A stretch of DNA of 52,198 bases, filler included, from Squatina squatina (taxonomy: Eukaryota): NCBI GenBank assembly GCA_031763465.1. It is 3 parts of 3 records of this genome, joined end to end, with 100 filler letters (N's around TTAATTAATTAA, not from the genome) between each part and the next. Parts side by side here need not be neighbours in the genome. Positions count along the whole stretch, not along the records: positions 1 to 15,877 come from JARFOE010000219.1; positions 15,978 to 32,099 come from JARFOE010000046.1; 1 more part is not named here. The stretch is one strand, 5' to 3'. How positions within the stretch are numbered: the stretch's first letter is position 1; every line of letters starts with the position of its first letter. The notes under the pieces were generated by a model. That model saw nothing but the letters and a program-made list of their open reading frames with translations, did no database searches and was not told the origin of the DNA. The position numbers were made by a program, and so were the translations under genes. Below are positions 12,838 to 25,620 of the stretch, piece by piece.

Positions 12838-13133
12838 CTGTAAGCAAGTAAATCAAATTTAGTGACAAACACATGATACAGCCATGATGTACAGAAGCAA
12901 TTAGGACCATAGGATGTTTTAAGTTAAGGCATAGTGCTGCAGAAGCCACTGCGTGAAAGCGGTTGCCAAGTTACAATTACACATGCTGCTGAGGAATGTA
13001 CTGACCAAAATTTTAGTTTTGCCAATTGTACTCCAACTTCTCTAGACATGTTCAAGAAATTACACACAAGTTGGCTGTCAGTGTTCCTAAGTGGCATGGG
13101 AGCCAAGGCAGATCTAGTGTTCTGAACAATTAC

Positions 13134-13265
13134 CTCCACACCCTTCTCTGCATCATCATCTTCCTCTTCAGATTCCTCTTCAGCTTCTTTTAGCCACTTA
13201 ATAAATGGATCCGCCCTCACGTGTATCTCTTTGGCAAGTTCCTTTGGGACATACTTCTTGGATAC
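13134..13265 (-). CDS. EIF5: eIF5 exon (W2 domain acidic/aromatic box)
   Basis: cag|[44 protein letters not shown]|gtaatt; 132 nt. Confidence 0.95.
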
Positions 13266-14088
13266 CTGTGTAATTCAATTCAAGTTAAATGATACCATGT
13301 CAAGAACAGCCATTTCTGCCTAGTCATTTTATCTGAACTGCACAAAACATCATTTAATATACTGAAACCTACAGAAAAAAAGCAAAAATTGCAATGTGTT
13401 GATAGGATGAATGCAATTCTCCAATAAAAAGCAGTTTACAACAGTCAAGGCAACTAGCCACATCACCAGCATGCTTCAACAGTACAAGGTTTAGCAAGAG
13501 TGCAGAAATAGCTCTAGATTTCTAAGACTGTCAGACATCTGGACAAAGTGGCTCCCCTCCTGCANNNNNNNNNNNNNNNNNNNNNNNNNNNNNNNNNNNN
13601 NNNNNNNNNNNNNNNNNNNNNNNNNNNNNNNNNNNNNNNNNNNNNNNNNNNNNNNNNNNNNNNNACAATAAACCCAAAACAAGTGGAACAGTTTCAAGAA
13701 TAAAATCCTGCCACGGAAGATGGCTATGAATTAATGTGCAGCAAATGCAGATTTGTTGCCCGACTGAGTCGAAAAGATTAAATTAACACCCCCAAATTAC
13801 ATGCGATCCTCTCCATTAAGCAAATTCTTCTTGCCTTCACAAAATGCAACTGATTAGGAAGAGCCTTTGTACAGTCGTTCTCTTTTCCACAATGGATTTC
13901 CTACCATGCATCCCCTATCTGAATTTGAAAACCAGTCATGGTGTTGCACAATTAGGACATCCCCTACCCCAGACAAGCCTTTCAGAGATATTGCCAGTAG
14001 CAAGTTAAATCCCAAGCTGAAGATTCAACTTCCTAAAATCTCTTTTTTTTTATAAGTTGAATCTACAAAATTTGCACACTTTACTTAC

Positions 14089-14253
14089 TTTTTCAGCCCA
14101 GGCAAGAATGACCTCTTCCTCGAGGAGATCAGCATCATACAACTCCTTAAGGACGTGCGGAACTCTGGGAAGCAGTTGATCCCGATGTATCTTCACCAGA
14201 CACTCAAAGCCACCAAGTAAATATTTCTGAGCCTTTTTATTGCCGTGGCAGAA
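14089..14253 (-). CDS. EIF5: eIF5 exon (W2/HEAT domain)
   Basis: tag|[55 protein letters not shown]|gtaagt; 165 nt. Confidence 0.95.
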
Positions 14254-14334
14254 CTATCAATATAAAAAAAGTTTGTCATGCACTATTAAAACAAAACAAT
14301 ATTGTCTAGCTTTAAGGGGGAAAACAAAACTTAC

Positions 14335-14496
14335 ACGCAAGAAGTGCCGTTTATATTTCTTGATCTGCTCCCTAATGTTTTCATCAAAAAGCAGCTCACT
14401 CAATATGAGGGGGCCCATAGCTATTACATCCAGCCTTTCAGCTTCTGATAGAAGGTCTTTATCAGCAGAGTCAATAATGCCCTCTTCCTTCTTTGT
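14335..14496 (-). CDS. EIF5: eIF5 exon (W2/HEAT domain)
   Basis: cag|[54 protein letters not shown]|gtaag; 162 nt. Confidence 0.95.
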
Positions 14497-15003
14497 CTGT
14501 GGAGTTAAATGACACGTGTTATATTCAACTCAACCATTTACTGGACACCAAGTTTGGTCATTACATTTCAGATTAGTCAACATTTATGTTTTCCAGATGT
14601 GAAAGACTTCAAGCTATAGTTTGTTACTCAAGCAGAAATCAAGGACTTAAGCATTAAAATTTATAGAAACTGCAAAAACTCAGTTATAACTAATGCACTG
14701 CAGCAGGTGGTAAGAGAACTATGGTTGGGTATAACCCAAACTAAGTAGCAAATTCAAGACAAGGCTATTTTAAATCATTTGTTTAAAAGTGTGTAGGTTT
14801 AGAAGCACACTACCAAATAGACCTTGACCCCTAAAAATTATTTTCCTTGTGACTGTTGGTTATCTTGATACATTACTAGAATGTGAAATGGATGCTGAAT
14901 TCCAAGTGACTTAATTTTCAAATTGAAAACAGGAAATCACCCCCAAATAAATTCAGAAACAAGGCTCAAGAGCCATGCACCATTACATATCAACTATTAA
15001 TAC

Positions 15004-15165
15004 CTTGACAAAGTTGTAGAATAAATTCACTCGCTCCTCCAAAGTTTTCCCCAGGTCATCACTGAGAGTCAAGTTTTTGGCATGCTCACTAATTTCTCCC
15101 ATTCGACGCCGCTGGGCTTCTTCTGTGGTTTCTTCACACCAGTCTTCATCATCATCCTCACCATC
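15004..15165 (-). CDS. EIF5: eIF5 exon (DWEAR linker motif)
   Basis: tag|[54 protein letters not shown]|gtatt; 162 nt. Confidence 0.95.
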
Positions 15166-15388
15166 CTAGGAGAGAGCAAGGCTCATCAAATCAAATCCCT
15201 ATTCCATGCAAATATCAAATGGTTGGATTTGCTTTAAATACATTTGTCTAAACAGCATACTGGGATGAATGGAGCAATTTGATTCATCGTTCACCCTCAA
15301 CATTAGGCATTTAACTGCTATCTCAGCTACACCCACATAACTAACTTCAGACCATCCTGCATGATCTTTGACAATAAAATCTGATTAC

Positions 15389-15519
15389 CACTGCATCTGG
15401 AGCATCAAACTCATTGTGGGTGGATGATTCTGAATTGGACACTGATCCATTCTCTTTGTCTTTGCCCTTTTTGTTTTTCTTCTCTTTTTCTTTCTTGGCT
15501 GAACCACCATCCCCATTTT
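15389..15519 (-). CDS. EIF5: eIF5 exon (lysine-rich linker)
   Basis: cag|(E)[43 protein letters not shown]|gtaatc; 131 nt. Confidence 0.92.
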
Positions 15520-15601
15520 CTGCAAGGTAAAAATCCATGTCAAATATTTAAACTGAAAATCTAGGGTATCGAGCTTTGCACTTTGAGAAGTCCAAACTTA
15601 C

Positions 15602-15713
15602 CAGGTGGATTTTTAAGAATGAATGTGCAGAGTTTGTGACGTGTGTCAAGCATGCCTCTGTATCCACAGGCTTTACAGGAAATACCAATGGTTTGTTTCT
15701 TTGGATTGACATG
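15602..15713 (-). CDS. EIF5: eIF5 exon (zinc-ribbon part of N-terminal domain)
   Basis: tag|[37 protein letters not shown]|gtaagt; 112 nt. Upstream exons lie beyond the scaffold end. Confidence 0.95.
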
Positions 15714-15877
15714 CTAAAAGTAAAAATAATCATGTTGTAATTTTGATGCATCAACTTTGTTCAAGGATTATTGCCATTTAGGCATCAATCCAAGCTATTT
15801 GCATACCAACTCAGTAATTAGGGTACAAATTAGACTATTAACTCATGAAACTCAAGGTGTAGGTCACATTATATAAA

Positions 15878-15977
15878 NNNNNNNNNNNNNNNNNNNNNNN
15901 NNNNNNNNNNNNNNNNNNNNNTTAATTAATTAANNNNNNNNNNNNNNNNNNNNNNNNNNNNNNNNNNNNNNNNNNNN
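15878..15977. other. Artificial scaffold linker N44-TTAATTAATTAA-N44
   Basis: Self-complementary 12-mer with stops in all six frames at 15922-15933, centred in an exactly 100-nt block of Ns. Confidence 0.95.
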
Positions 15978-16028
15978 TTTCCATCATCAAAGCCCGTATA
16001 TAAACAAATCATTAAAAAGCTGTCTAAC

Positions 16029-16154
16029 CTGGTATTCGTGAGGAATAAAGTTGTCAATAATGAGCATCTGGAGACGGAGTTCTCGGCTTAGCTGTCTGAT
16101 ATTCTCCAACAGCCCTTCAATCTCACGTTGATGTTCTTGTTGCAAATCTGCCAT
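16029..16154 (-). CDS. KIF3A: KIF3A stalk exon
   Basis: aag|[42 protein letters not shown]|gttag; 126 nt. Confidence 0.95.
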
Positions 16155-16774
16155 CTTTGAAAAGAAACAAACCAGACTAATACATCAAGAGTGTCATCAT
16201 GTCATGAAGTACAAAACACAAGAAAATTGCAATGCAAAGAAACTGGACAAAGGGGTTACTTCTGCCAGGACACTACTTCTACAGGTCATCAATCAAGGGC
16301 AAGTGAAAGAGCTTTACTTTTACATGGAACAGGCAATCCAATCACTAAGCACAATGAAGAAATGCCAAGCAAAATGTTTGAGTTTGTTTCATAATACATT
16401 TATTCATTTTTTGGTACTTTTTTCTACCCTTTCCTACCTATCTTATGAACTGCAAATTCTAATTTTGTAACTTCAGTGTACTCTATGCTGGCATTCCATA
16501 CAAACAATGATTAATCTATACACTGAAAGTGCACTATGCCTATGGACAGTTGTACAAGACATTAGTAATGAGAAAGTGAGAAACTGGATGTTCTAGATAT
16601 TGGATATATTCTGCTTTCCCTTCATTTAAGGTTAAAACCTGTCCGCTTACATATGATGCTTTAGATAAATATTTAATTAAACTAGCTTTCACAGTTTGGG
16701 CTTTCAGAATTTTATATAATCGTAGCTTGAGTAAGGTTTGAGTGGAATAAACATTATACAAGGAAAATAATCTA

Positions 16775-16927
<153 letters not shown>

Positions 16928-17189
16928 CTATTTAATGAAAAAGCCAACCACAAAAGGGACATTAATTTATTTTTAAAGAATGACCAGCACCAATATATGT
17001 GGATACAACACTTTTCCAGATAGATTTACCCATAAGCTTTTGTGCTACAAGCACAGGAACGCCTATCGCTAAAATTATACTGATAAGAAAATTTTTGGTT
17101 ATCCGACAAGGATATAATAATTGAGAATTGTTAATGATATATTAACCTATCTGAGCCAATATAGTTGCAGCATGAATGACAGGTGAGGC

Positions 17190-17610
17190 TACTTGCATTT
17201 ATATAGTGCCTTTAAATGTAGAAAAATATTCCAAGGTGTTTCACAGAGGTATAATCGGATAAGAGATGTGCACCAAGTCAAAGAATAGGATATTAGGAGG
17301 GGTGATTAAAAGCTTGATTACAAAGCTAAGAATTAAGGATGGTAGTAAAGCACAAGAGAGAGGGAGAGGTTTATGGAAAAAAATTCAGAACAAGGGGCCC
17401 AGATGGCAGAGGGACGAAAAGAGGGGAGATGCACAAGAGGCCAGAGTTGGGGGAACATAAAGTGCGAGGGAGTTGAAGAGTTGGAGGAGGTACAGAGATA
17501 GAGATAGGACCCTGAAATAATTTAAACACAGAATGAGAATTTTAAATGTAGGCCAGCAAGGGCAGAAGTGATGGGTAAGCAGGATTTGGTGCAATATAGG
17601 ATTAGATGAG
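17190..17610 (-). mobile_element. L2-type LINE 3' fragment
   Basis: acttgcatttatatagtgccttt tail followed by a purine-rich body similar to 40220-40640. Confidence 0.7.
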
Positions 17611-17804
17611 CTGAGGCAGTTTAGTTGAAGAAGTAAGCCAATGTGTAAAGAGTCAGTAAGTTGCAGCTTTATTATTTTCTATACCAAATAAATTGACTGT
17701 TCTCACTGGGTTCTGAATTTGCATGCTTTTGTTATGTTAAGTGTTGTTAATACCAAGATATTGTTTATTCATCCAGATTGCAGTCCTGCAAACTTGAAGT
17801 GTCA

Positions 17805-18245
17805 GCTGTGTCTCAGTTGGCAGCACTCTTGCCCGAGTCTGAAGGTTGTGGGTTCAAGTTCCACTCGAGACTTGAGCACAAAAAAAAAATCCAGGCTGGC
17901 ACTCCAGTGCAGTACTGAGGGAGTTCTGCACTGTCTGAGCTGCCGTCTTTCATATGAGACGTTAAACAGAGAACCCATCTGCTCTCTCAGGTGTATGTAA
18001 AAGATCTTATGGCACTATTTTGAAGAAGAGCAGGGGAGTTATCCTGGTCAATATTTATCCCTCAATCAACATCACTAAAAACAGATTATCTGGTTATCAC
18101 ATTGCTGTTTGTGTGACCTTACTGTGCACAAATCGGCTGCCGCGTTTCCTATAACAGGAACCGCACGTCAAAAAGTACTTAATTGGCTGTAAAGCGCTTT
18201 GGGACACCCATGAAATGCGCTATATAAATGCAAGTCTTTCTTTCT
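17805..18245 (+). mobile_element. Near full-length Deu-domain SINE
   Basis: tRNA head (ctcagttggcag...ggttcaagttcc), Deu core, and L2-like tail aagcgctttgggaca...ctatataaatgcaagtctttc. Confidence 0.85.
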
Positions 18246-18800
18246 TTGAAACTTTTTTAAATTGGGCANNNNNNNNNNNNNNNNNNNNNNNNNNNNNNNN
18301 NNNNNNNNNNNNNNNNNNNNNNNNNNNNNNNNNNNNNNNNNNNNNNNNNNNNNNNNNNNNNNNNNNNNCACCCTTCAAAAATAGGTAGTCAACTTCTTCC
18401 GACAGATGCAGACAGACAAAATAGCTCGTTGGGTTAACATGAATCCTACAGCTAATACATTGGATTTTACCTTTTCAATAAAAGTCCTGGAGCCAATATT
18501 GGATAGATTTTAAGCCATTGCACTACCTCTCACTTGCAGAAAAAGATTTGACATTATGTGACAGAGAAAAGCCTAAAGAAGATTTTTATCCTGTTGTAGC
18601 TAGGAATAGGCTTGTCTATGCAAGAAGTGCTACAATTGTACTTACTTGGCCACTTTTCACAAGATGGCTCCTGAATTATAGGAACAATTGGCTGTCAAAC
18701 CATACACTACTCACATTGTTTAAATACAATCTAATCTCACAAAATTTACATCAGTTATCCTCAATTCATTATACACATCTGTAGGAGGAATAATACTCAC

Positions 18801-18998
18801 CATCATTGTCTTTGAATTGCCTCCTAATGAATCCTGGAGTAGACGCGTCAGTTTAGAGTTACGGTAGGGCACATGTGTACTTTTACCATCAACAAGAGCG
18901 GAGATAACATTACCCAGGGTAGACAATGAGAGGTTGATCTTTGTTGCTTCTTTTAATCGTTGTCCTGTGGCTCCAGTCTTTCCTTGTCTTTCTGAACC
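18801..18998 (-). CDS. KIF3A: KIF3A motor-domain exon
   Basis: cag|[66 protein letters not shown]|gtgagt; 198 nt. Confidence 0.97.
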
Positions 18999-19140
18999 CT
19001 GCAAGCACATATGTTGGGATCAATCCTTTGCCACTCAACATATTCTTATAAAAGTGCTCATTATTACTTTTCATTTTTGTGGTTACAAAAGTTGTATCTG
19101 ATATATACTTGGAAAAAAAATCTTCGTTTTTATCTATAAT

Positions 19141-19240
19141 AAAAACAGAAAATGCTGAAATGCACAAAAAGTTAGTCAGCATCTATAAAGAGAAAAGACA
19201 GCTTATAACATTTTGGATGTTCACGTTTCATTAGAACTTT
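19141..19240. mobile_element. Penelope-like terminal repeat fragment
   Basis: aaaaacagaaaatgctgaaat...gtcagcatct...gagaaaagacag; a similar relic sits near 21590-21670. Confidence 0.45.
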
Positions 19241-19578
19241 TTATTAGGTGATGGCCAGTTTGAATTTTTAAATCCTGGAGATTGTAGGAGGATCGAAAGA
19301 CTGAATACAAGAAAGAACTGGAAGGGAGAAGGGACAAAAAGAAGTGACACTTGGGCTTCAGTAAGAAACAACAGCTAAGTTTGGAACAATTAAAATTTTT
19401 AAAAAATTTAAAAATCAAGATTTTAAGAGATGCTACAAATTCTGCAGAGTCACAGGTTAAAGTTAGAAGAGTAAAGCGCAAACGTGGCCGGTATGTAACT
19501 TTTCACACTTAAAATAAAAAGGGCAGAGTACTCTGCCACCGTGTATAAGCATTCTCTCGATATCCTTCCAATTCTTAC

Positions 19579-19609
19579 TGCAAGATCAACGAGGTGCAGC
19601 TTGCCCATG
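19579..19609 (-). CDS. KIF3A: KIF3A motor-domain exon, 3' part only (rest in gap)
   Basis: gap|MGKLHLVDLA|gtaag, which leads into the switch II DLAGSE motif. Confidence 0.9.
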
Positions 19610-19935
19610 NNNNNNNNNNNNNNNNNNNNNNNNNNNNNNNNNNNNNNNNNNNNNNNNNNNNNNNNNNNNNNNNNNNNNNNNNNNNNNNNNNNNNNNNNNN
19701 NNNNNNNNNAAAGTTAAAGTACTGTTACTAGTAAAAGCTCCTCAGTGAATTTCCTAAATACAAGCAGCTAATGAAGTTTGAGATAGCCTTTCATTTCTGG
19801 TGAAAGTCTTCATAGGATCCCTAGAGGCAGCAGTCTTTCTACTCTATTGTGGGAAATGAACTATCTATAAAATGATAAATGAGTTCTCCTTTCTTCCACG
19901 TTAGTTGGTTGTGCAACATGGACTGAATTTCTTAC

Positions 19936-20020
19936 CTCCAGTCTCTGACTCTGGTCCTTTCCAAGAAGGTCACGAACCTCCTCATTATAAATCTCCAGAT
20001 AGGACACTCGCACAAGGAAC
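19936..20020 (-). CDS. KIF3A: KIF3A motor-domain exon
   Basis: aag|[28 protein letters not shown]|gtaag; 85 nt. Confidence 0.95.
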
Positions 20021-22320
20021 CTTTGAAATAAGGCAAGGGGGGAAAAAAATCAGCATGTTCATGATTCAGAGGTTAAATTCAATAACTCTACACTCCCAGC
20101 AGGAAGCCACACTCAAAGGGAACATAGTTTCAGGATAGGGATACAACACTGTAGCTTTAGTTATCTATCTTGCACATTTCAAGTATGGCTCCCCACTGCA
20201 AGCATGGGTTTGCTAAATTTACCCTCATAGTTCTCCTAGTTAACCCTAAAGCCTTGTATATTATGCATTTTTACTGAGTTTATTTTCTTAATGTCTTTTT
20301 CTTTTGTCAAACTAATCGTGGAGTGGAAAGATTGCCTCACATTACCCAAGGAATCAATAATTCAATGACTACGAACACAATTATTTGGTAAAATGCAGCA
20401 TTTCCTTTTTTCACACGTTTGCTAGAAAAATTCCCACTGCTCCATAAGCTGAAAGCACCTAACTCAGCACAGAAAGAGATTGTACTGAGGTTATAAATTG
20501 AATCAAGAGACAAAAGAAAATCCTATTTTGCCACACAATAAATATACCCATAGCCTATCAAGAAGTTATCAATTTTAACATTTTGAAAAACATCTAAAAG
20601 GTATTCCAAAGGATCTTGCCGAATAATAGTGTAGAATGTTTTTAAAGTAGCAATTACCACGTTGCGATCAAGAAACTGTCTTTTCTTCTTAATCCCTGCT
20701 ATGGATAGCATTGAACATTTTGACAGGAGTATCACCTGACCTTTCCTTTGAATTAATNNNNNNNNNNNNNNNNNNNNNNNNNNNNNNNNNNNNNNNNNNN
20801 NNNNNNNNNNNNNNNNNNNNNNNNNNNNNNNNNNNNNNNNNNNNNNNNNNNNNNNNNCTGTTGGGGTTTTGTGCCTTAAAAGGAATGTATATTTGGTGCA
20901 AATGATGTATCAAGTCTTTAAATGCTAGCCATTACCGGTCTACGGTCATAACTTTTAAATGTAGTCCTTAAGCATCAAGCAGTGCTCGTGTTGAAAGCTT
21001 TGACACAGACCTATACCGGTGCACATCAGAAGTCCTGTTACCAGATGAAACAAGCAGTAGCGAAAACTGGTATCAAAAAACACTACGAGCTGGGTTAGCA
21101 ACACTAAAACCAGCCTTCTAACAGCCAGCTTCATTCCTGCAAAGGCAAAGCTGCATACAGCAGACAGGCTGCAGAAATAATTTAAAAAGTGACCCTNNNN
21201 NNNNNNATGCTATTGTAAAGACCAAAATTATTATTATGGAGGAATTTTAGGAAAGTTAGCAGTTAAACCTTTTAATACACATGAATCGGTTTAATAATCA
21301 GGCGTGCTGAATTAGAGAATCAAATTTTGTTTACAATAATTACTGATAAAAGTAGCAGGCCTACTGATAAATATCTGTGAAAGGAGGACACTGATCTCAC
21401 AAACAAAAAAGAAATGCAGAATCTCATTTGGTGAATTAAGGCTGATTTAATCTTAATTGATTCAATTCTCAGAGTTAAAAGGAACAAGCATCAAAAAAAG
21501 CACCTAATACCTTTCTGATCGCAACATATAAATATGATCGCAACACCAATTAAGATCAATTAAAGAAATAATGCAAATGATTAAAATCTGAAACAAAAAT
21601 TAAAAAATGCTGAAAATGCACAGTACTGAGAGAGAAAGGCAAAAATCAATTATCCAGGTCGAATCCTTTATTTCCCTCCACCCACACTCTAATTTTGCAT
21701 TGTACAGAAACAATGGCAAACTTAAAGCCACCGCTGCTGGTTATATTCATCAGTTACAATTCAAAAAAAGCACCTTTACAGCCAAGTATATGCTCAATAG
21801 GTAACTAGTTATTAAAATAAAATAATCCATGAAAGTACTACATCTAGGTAAAGCCTTGCAATTACTTTATCCTTCAGAAAGTGCATTTTTCTAATGGAAT
21901 TGGCCCTCATCTTATTCAATAAAGGGAATCCCCTCTTCCTGTTAAAGCTCTGCTCTCCACCGCACACCCTCCACCTATTCGAAGCAATGAGCCAAGAGGT
22001 GTATCTATGCTTATTTGAAACACACACTATCCAAGGTGGCATGTCTCCAAGGGAAGAGAATGAACAGAGATCTGCAAGGTTAAATGATCTTTGCATAATT
22101 TTCTTTGAATAACAGATTGGTGAGGGAAAGAAGCATTTTATATTGAAACAGCTCCATCTGTAAAATCTTTCTTCTTATATGGATTGCTAGATTCCCATAG
22201 ACTGGATATAGGAGTTTGAATGAAATCCTAACTCTAAACCCAATAATAGAAATTTTACATGAAAATAAAAATAAATTTAAAAATTAAATAACTTGACGCA
22301 GTTATAAGCCTAGGAGTTAC

Positions 22321-22568
22321 CATTGTATCCTTCCAGGACAGAATCAACAATAGGTCTTGCAGTGAGATTGTACACATCTACTTGCTTGCTCTCTGGGCCA
22401 AAGACTGTATCAAAAGTGAATGTTTTTGGTGGCTCATTGGCAGCATCTGTCTTGTAGACAGTGATTGTTCCTCGTATCTCATCCACGTTCACCACTTGTC
22501 NNNNNNNNNNCTACGACCTTCACGTTATCACTGGCCTCGACGCGGTCAGTCTTCTCCAATTTATTACT
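22321..22568 (-). CDS. KIF3A: KIF3A exon 2 (start of motor domain; internal 10-N gap)
   Basis: cag|[19 protein letters not shown][gap][59 protein letters not shown]|gtaact. Confidence 0.95.
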
Positions 22569-22752
22569 CTGTGGATATACAAACAAGAATGACTGATCAC
22601 CAATAAAGTAGGAAATGAGGAATTATTGCAACATTTTCCCTTTCTGCTAAAGTCACCTCTTTCTACGTTAAAAGCCCTACAATATCCTTGAACAAAATCT
22701 TTTCTTCTCTTCCGTTTAATTTGCTCTCCTGTTCTGAAGGCGCTGACTCATC

Positions 22753-22885
22753 AGAACACAAGAAATCGGAGCAGGAGTAGGCTCTATAGTCCTTCGAGCC
22801 TGCTCTGCCATTCAATAAGATCATGGCTGATCTTCGACATCAACTCCATTTTCCCACCTGATCCCCATATCCCTTGAATCCCAAG
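22753..22885 (-). mobile_element. CR1 LINE 3' end
   Basis: ggagcaggagtaggc...cttcgagcctgctctgccattcaataagatcatggctgatc, shared with 35310-35400. Confidence 0.75.
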
Positions 22886-24538
22886 TCTATTGATGCAGGG
22901 CACAGTTACATGGATACTAGCAGTCCACCCCGAGGTGACTATTCTTTATGTTTGAGTCCAAACAGTGAATACTGGCAGACTATTCATGTGTGGAGGATAT
23001 CATAACTGAACCACGTCTTCCTTAACTGACGACACTTATCAGCAGAAAGACAGCAATTCATGAGTGAAACTGCTCTTCACTAGCTCAGGAATAATGAAGC
23101 AAATTGTAGATTTCCAATTATAAGTCAATTATGTATGGTTTAGTGCTACACCAGAATGGAATAAAATCTTTTCATAAAAAAAGTTAGCACATATTATACA
23201 GAATTACAAGGCATTCTGGTCAGACAACTGACTGGGAAGTTTAATGTCACTTAATTATGGGCAGTACTACACACTTAATAATTCTGAAAAGTGTAATATT
23301 CTTGCATTTATTTCTCCACTAGTATCAGGGCAGACTGGCTACAGCACTAAACATTGAAATATAAATTATGCTTAGGCTTAAAATTTTTCACAATTGCCAC
23401 CCCTCAAAACATCTGCACCACTCGACTGTCATGATTGAATTGGTAAATATAAATGAAACCTTATACCCAAAGGGATTTTGGCACAAGTCTTGCTACTGCC
23501 TGGAGACAGGAGATGATCAAAGGCAGCCTTCAATGGAGGCACTTTGAGACCAGTTTACATTGAACTACTGTCTCAGTATTCTCATGGCCAGAGCGGGGTA
23601 TTTTGTACAGATAGATCACTAGAACCGAGGGTTGCAGCGCAGTACACGTTGAGTTCTCTCCAGAATTGACTTTATAATGAAAGCAAGCAAGACTTTANNN
23701 NNNNNNNNNNNNNNNNNNNNNNNNNNNNNNNNNNNNNNNNNNNNNNNNNNNNNNNNNNNNNNNNNNNNNNNNNNNNNNNNNNNNNNNNNNNNNNNNNAAT
23801 TAGCTAGGAAGGGGAAAAGAAATGGGGGAAATTAAAATGAAAAACATTAAAAGTACAAGCACTATAAAGCTCTTTAAAGCACTGTAGGATATCTCACTAT
23901 TATGCTTGCCACTGCATTCAATTTTTTACACCACAGAGAATCGTTCGAGCTCAAACGCTAAACTTCTATCACCCTTTAAAATGTTGCTAATGAATGAGTC
24001 AATTTTCACACATTCATTTTTGTTTCAAATGCTTGTAGCTTCTGGGCAAATGCATCAGCAATGCAGAAATGTAAAGATGGCTTCATTTGAGCCATTTCAT
24101 ACAATATTTATAAAGTCCCAGATGTGCATCAAAGTAGTGTTATGAAGATGACAAAACACATTCAGCCACTTCACTCAAATCAAGGCAGCAATAAGCAACT
24201 ACCTAAAAGCTTTGCATGTGTATGTTTCTGGAAGAAAACTTCAAAAAGCTTTTGCATGCAGAAAGTTTTTTGAATGCTGTTTTAACTTTAGATCTTGCTT
24301 TCTTCATACAACCATTACTAATCCTAGCATCTGACTTTCTCCCTTACAGAATGTAACCAATAGCAACCTTATCTTTCAGCCACTTTTTCAACTTGAAATC
24401 TGCCCTTATTTTCAAGATGCTTTCAACGTATATTAAAANNNNNNNNNNNNNNNNNNNNNNNNNNNNNNNNNNNNNNNNNNNNNNNNNNNNNNNNNNNNNN
24501 NNNNNNNNNNNNNNNNNNNNNNNNNNNNNNNNNNNNNN

Positions 24539-24870
24539 TGCACTGCAGCAACTCGCCAAGAATTCTTTGGCACATCTCCCAAACCCCTGACCTCTACCAT
24601 CTAGAAGGACAAGGGCAGCAGGCACATGAGAACAGCACCACATCCAAGTTCCTCTCCAAGTCACGCGCCATCCTGACTTGGAAGTCTATCGCTGTTCCTT
24701 CATCGTCCCTGGGTCAAATCCTGGAACTGCCCCTTAACAGCACTGTGGAAGTTCCTTTGCCACAAGGGCTGCAGCAGTTCAAGAAGGCAGGTCATCACCA
24801 CCTACTCAAGGGAACTAGGGATGGGCAATAAATGCTGGCCTTGCCAGCAACGTTCATATCCCAGGAACAT
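24539..24870 (+). mobile_element. 3' end of a CR1/Jockey-group LINE
   Basis: Ends in caagaaggcaggtcatcaccacc...agggatgggcaataaatgctggccttgccag, the same tail as the SINE at 37080. Confidence 0.7.
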
Positions 24871-24959
24871 TATTTTTTAAAATCTCCCTTTGTGCTAGGT
24901 ATGACTCAGGCAGGTGGAGATGTTTCCCACTGATTTCCATTAACTTCAATACCGTGGCT

Positions 24960-25620
24960 CCAGTGCATTTGCGCCCAGTGTCTTACCATGTGCCGATCCA
25001 TTGTTTATCCAATCCTCGAAAATACACGCAGTGTCAGTCTCTCAGCTGCTGACTGCGAGAGTAAGGTCGAGTGATGGTGTCGCTTCATTTTCACTGTCTT
25101 CTTCATCATCCTCCACTGACTGGGAAAGTTCCAGTTCTTGGGTATATGAAATGAAAAAGGGGCAAGGGTTGGGTTGTGGTGAAGGGAGATGAGAAAGTAA
25201 GAAGCGCGTGTTTACCTTCTTCTTGTACTGCATCCACTTCTTGCAGCAACACTCCTGGGATTGCCCTCTACTTGTTCCCACTCCTTCCTGAGCATCTGTC
25301 TGGAGGGCCTCCTGTCCCTCTGTGGATGCAGGACCTCTCTCCTCCATTTCAGCTCATCCACTAAGACCTCCAATGCCGAGTCTGAGAACCTTGGTGCACG
25401 CTGTCTTGCATGTTCAACCATTGCTCAAAGTATTGTAGCCCAGATTGACGTTTGAAAACAACTCCCAGCACTTCTTGCAGCCCCAATGCACCTCCTCTTT
25501 AAGAGGTGCAGGCTGCCTTTAAGTAGCACCAGCCACTCGCAATATCAGGCCCCCTGCTGACGTGTCCAGGCAAGGAAGAGCACTGGCTGCGCGCAGCAAC
25601 CATTTAAAAGAGCTGGCAGC
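24960..25620 (-). mobile_element. PIF/Harbinger transposon relic (decayed Myb/SANT-like ORF)
   Basis: MVEHARQRAPRFSDSALEVLVDELKWRREVL...LRKEWEQV, continuing after a frameshift as KWMQYKKK. This fits the trihelix RFS..LE.LV...W...W.Q..KK pattern. An acidic segment with a stop follows. Confidence 0.75.

Noticed and set aside
12838-15601. SNORA28-like H/ACA snoRNA expected in an EIF5 intron
   Set aside because: No recognisable match by eye. An Rfam covariance search would be needed.
15713-16154. EIF5-KIF3A adjacency or fusion
   Set aside because: The genes are separated by the artificial TTAATTAATTAA linker.
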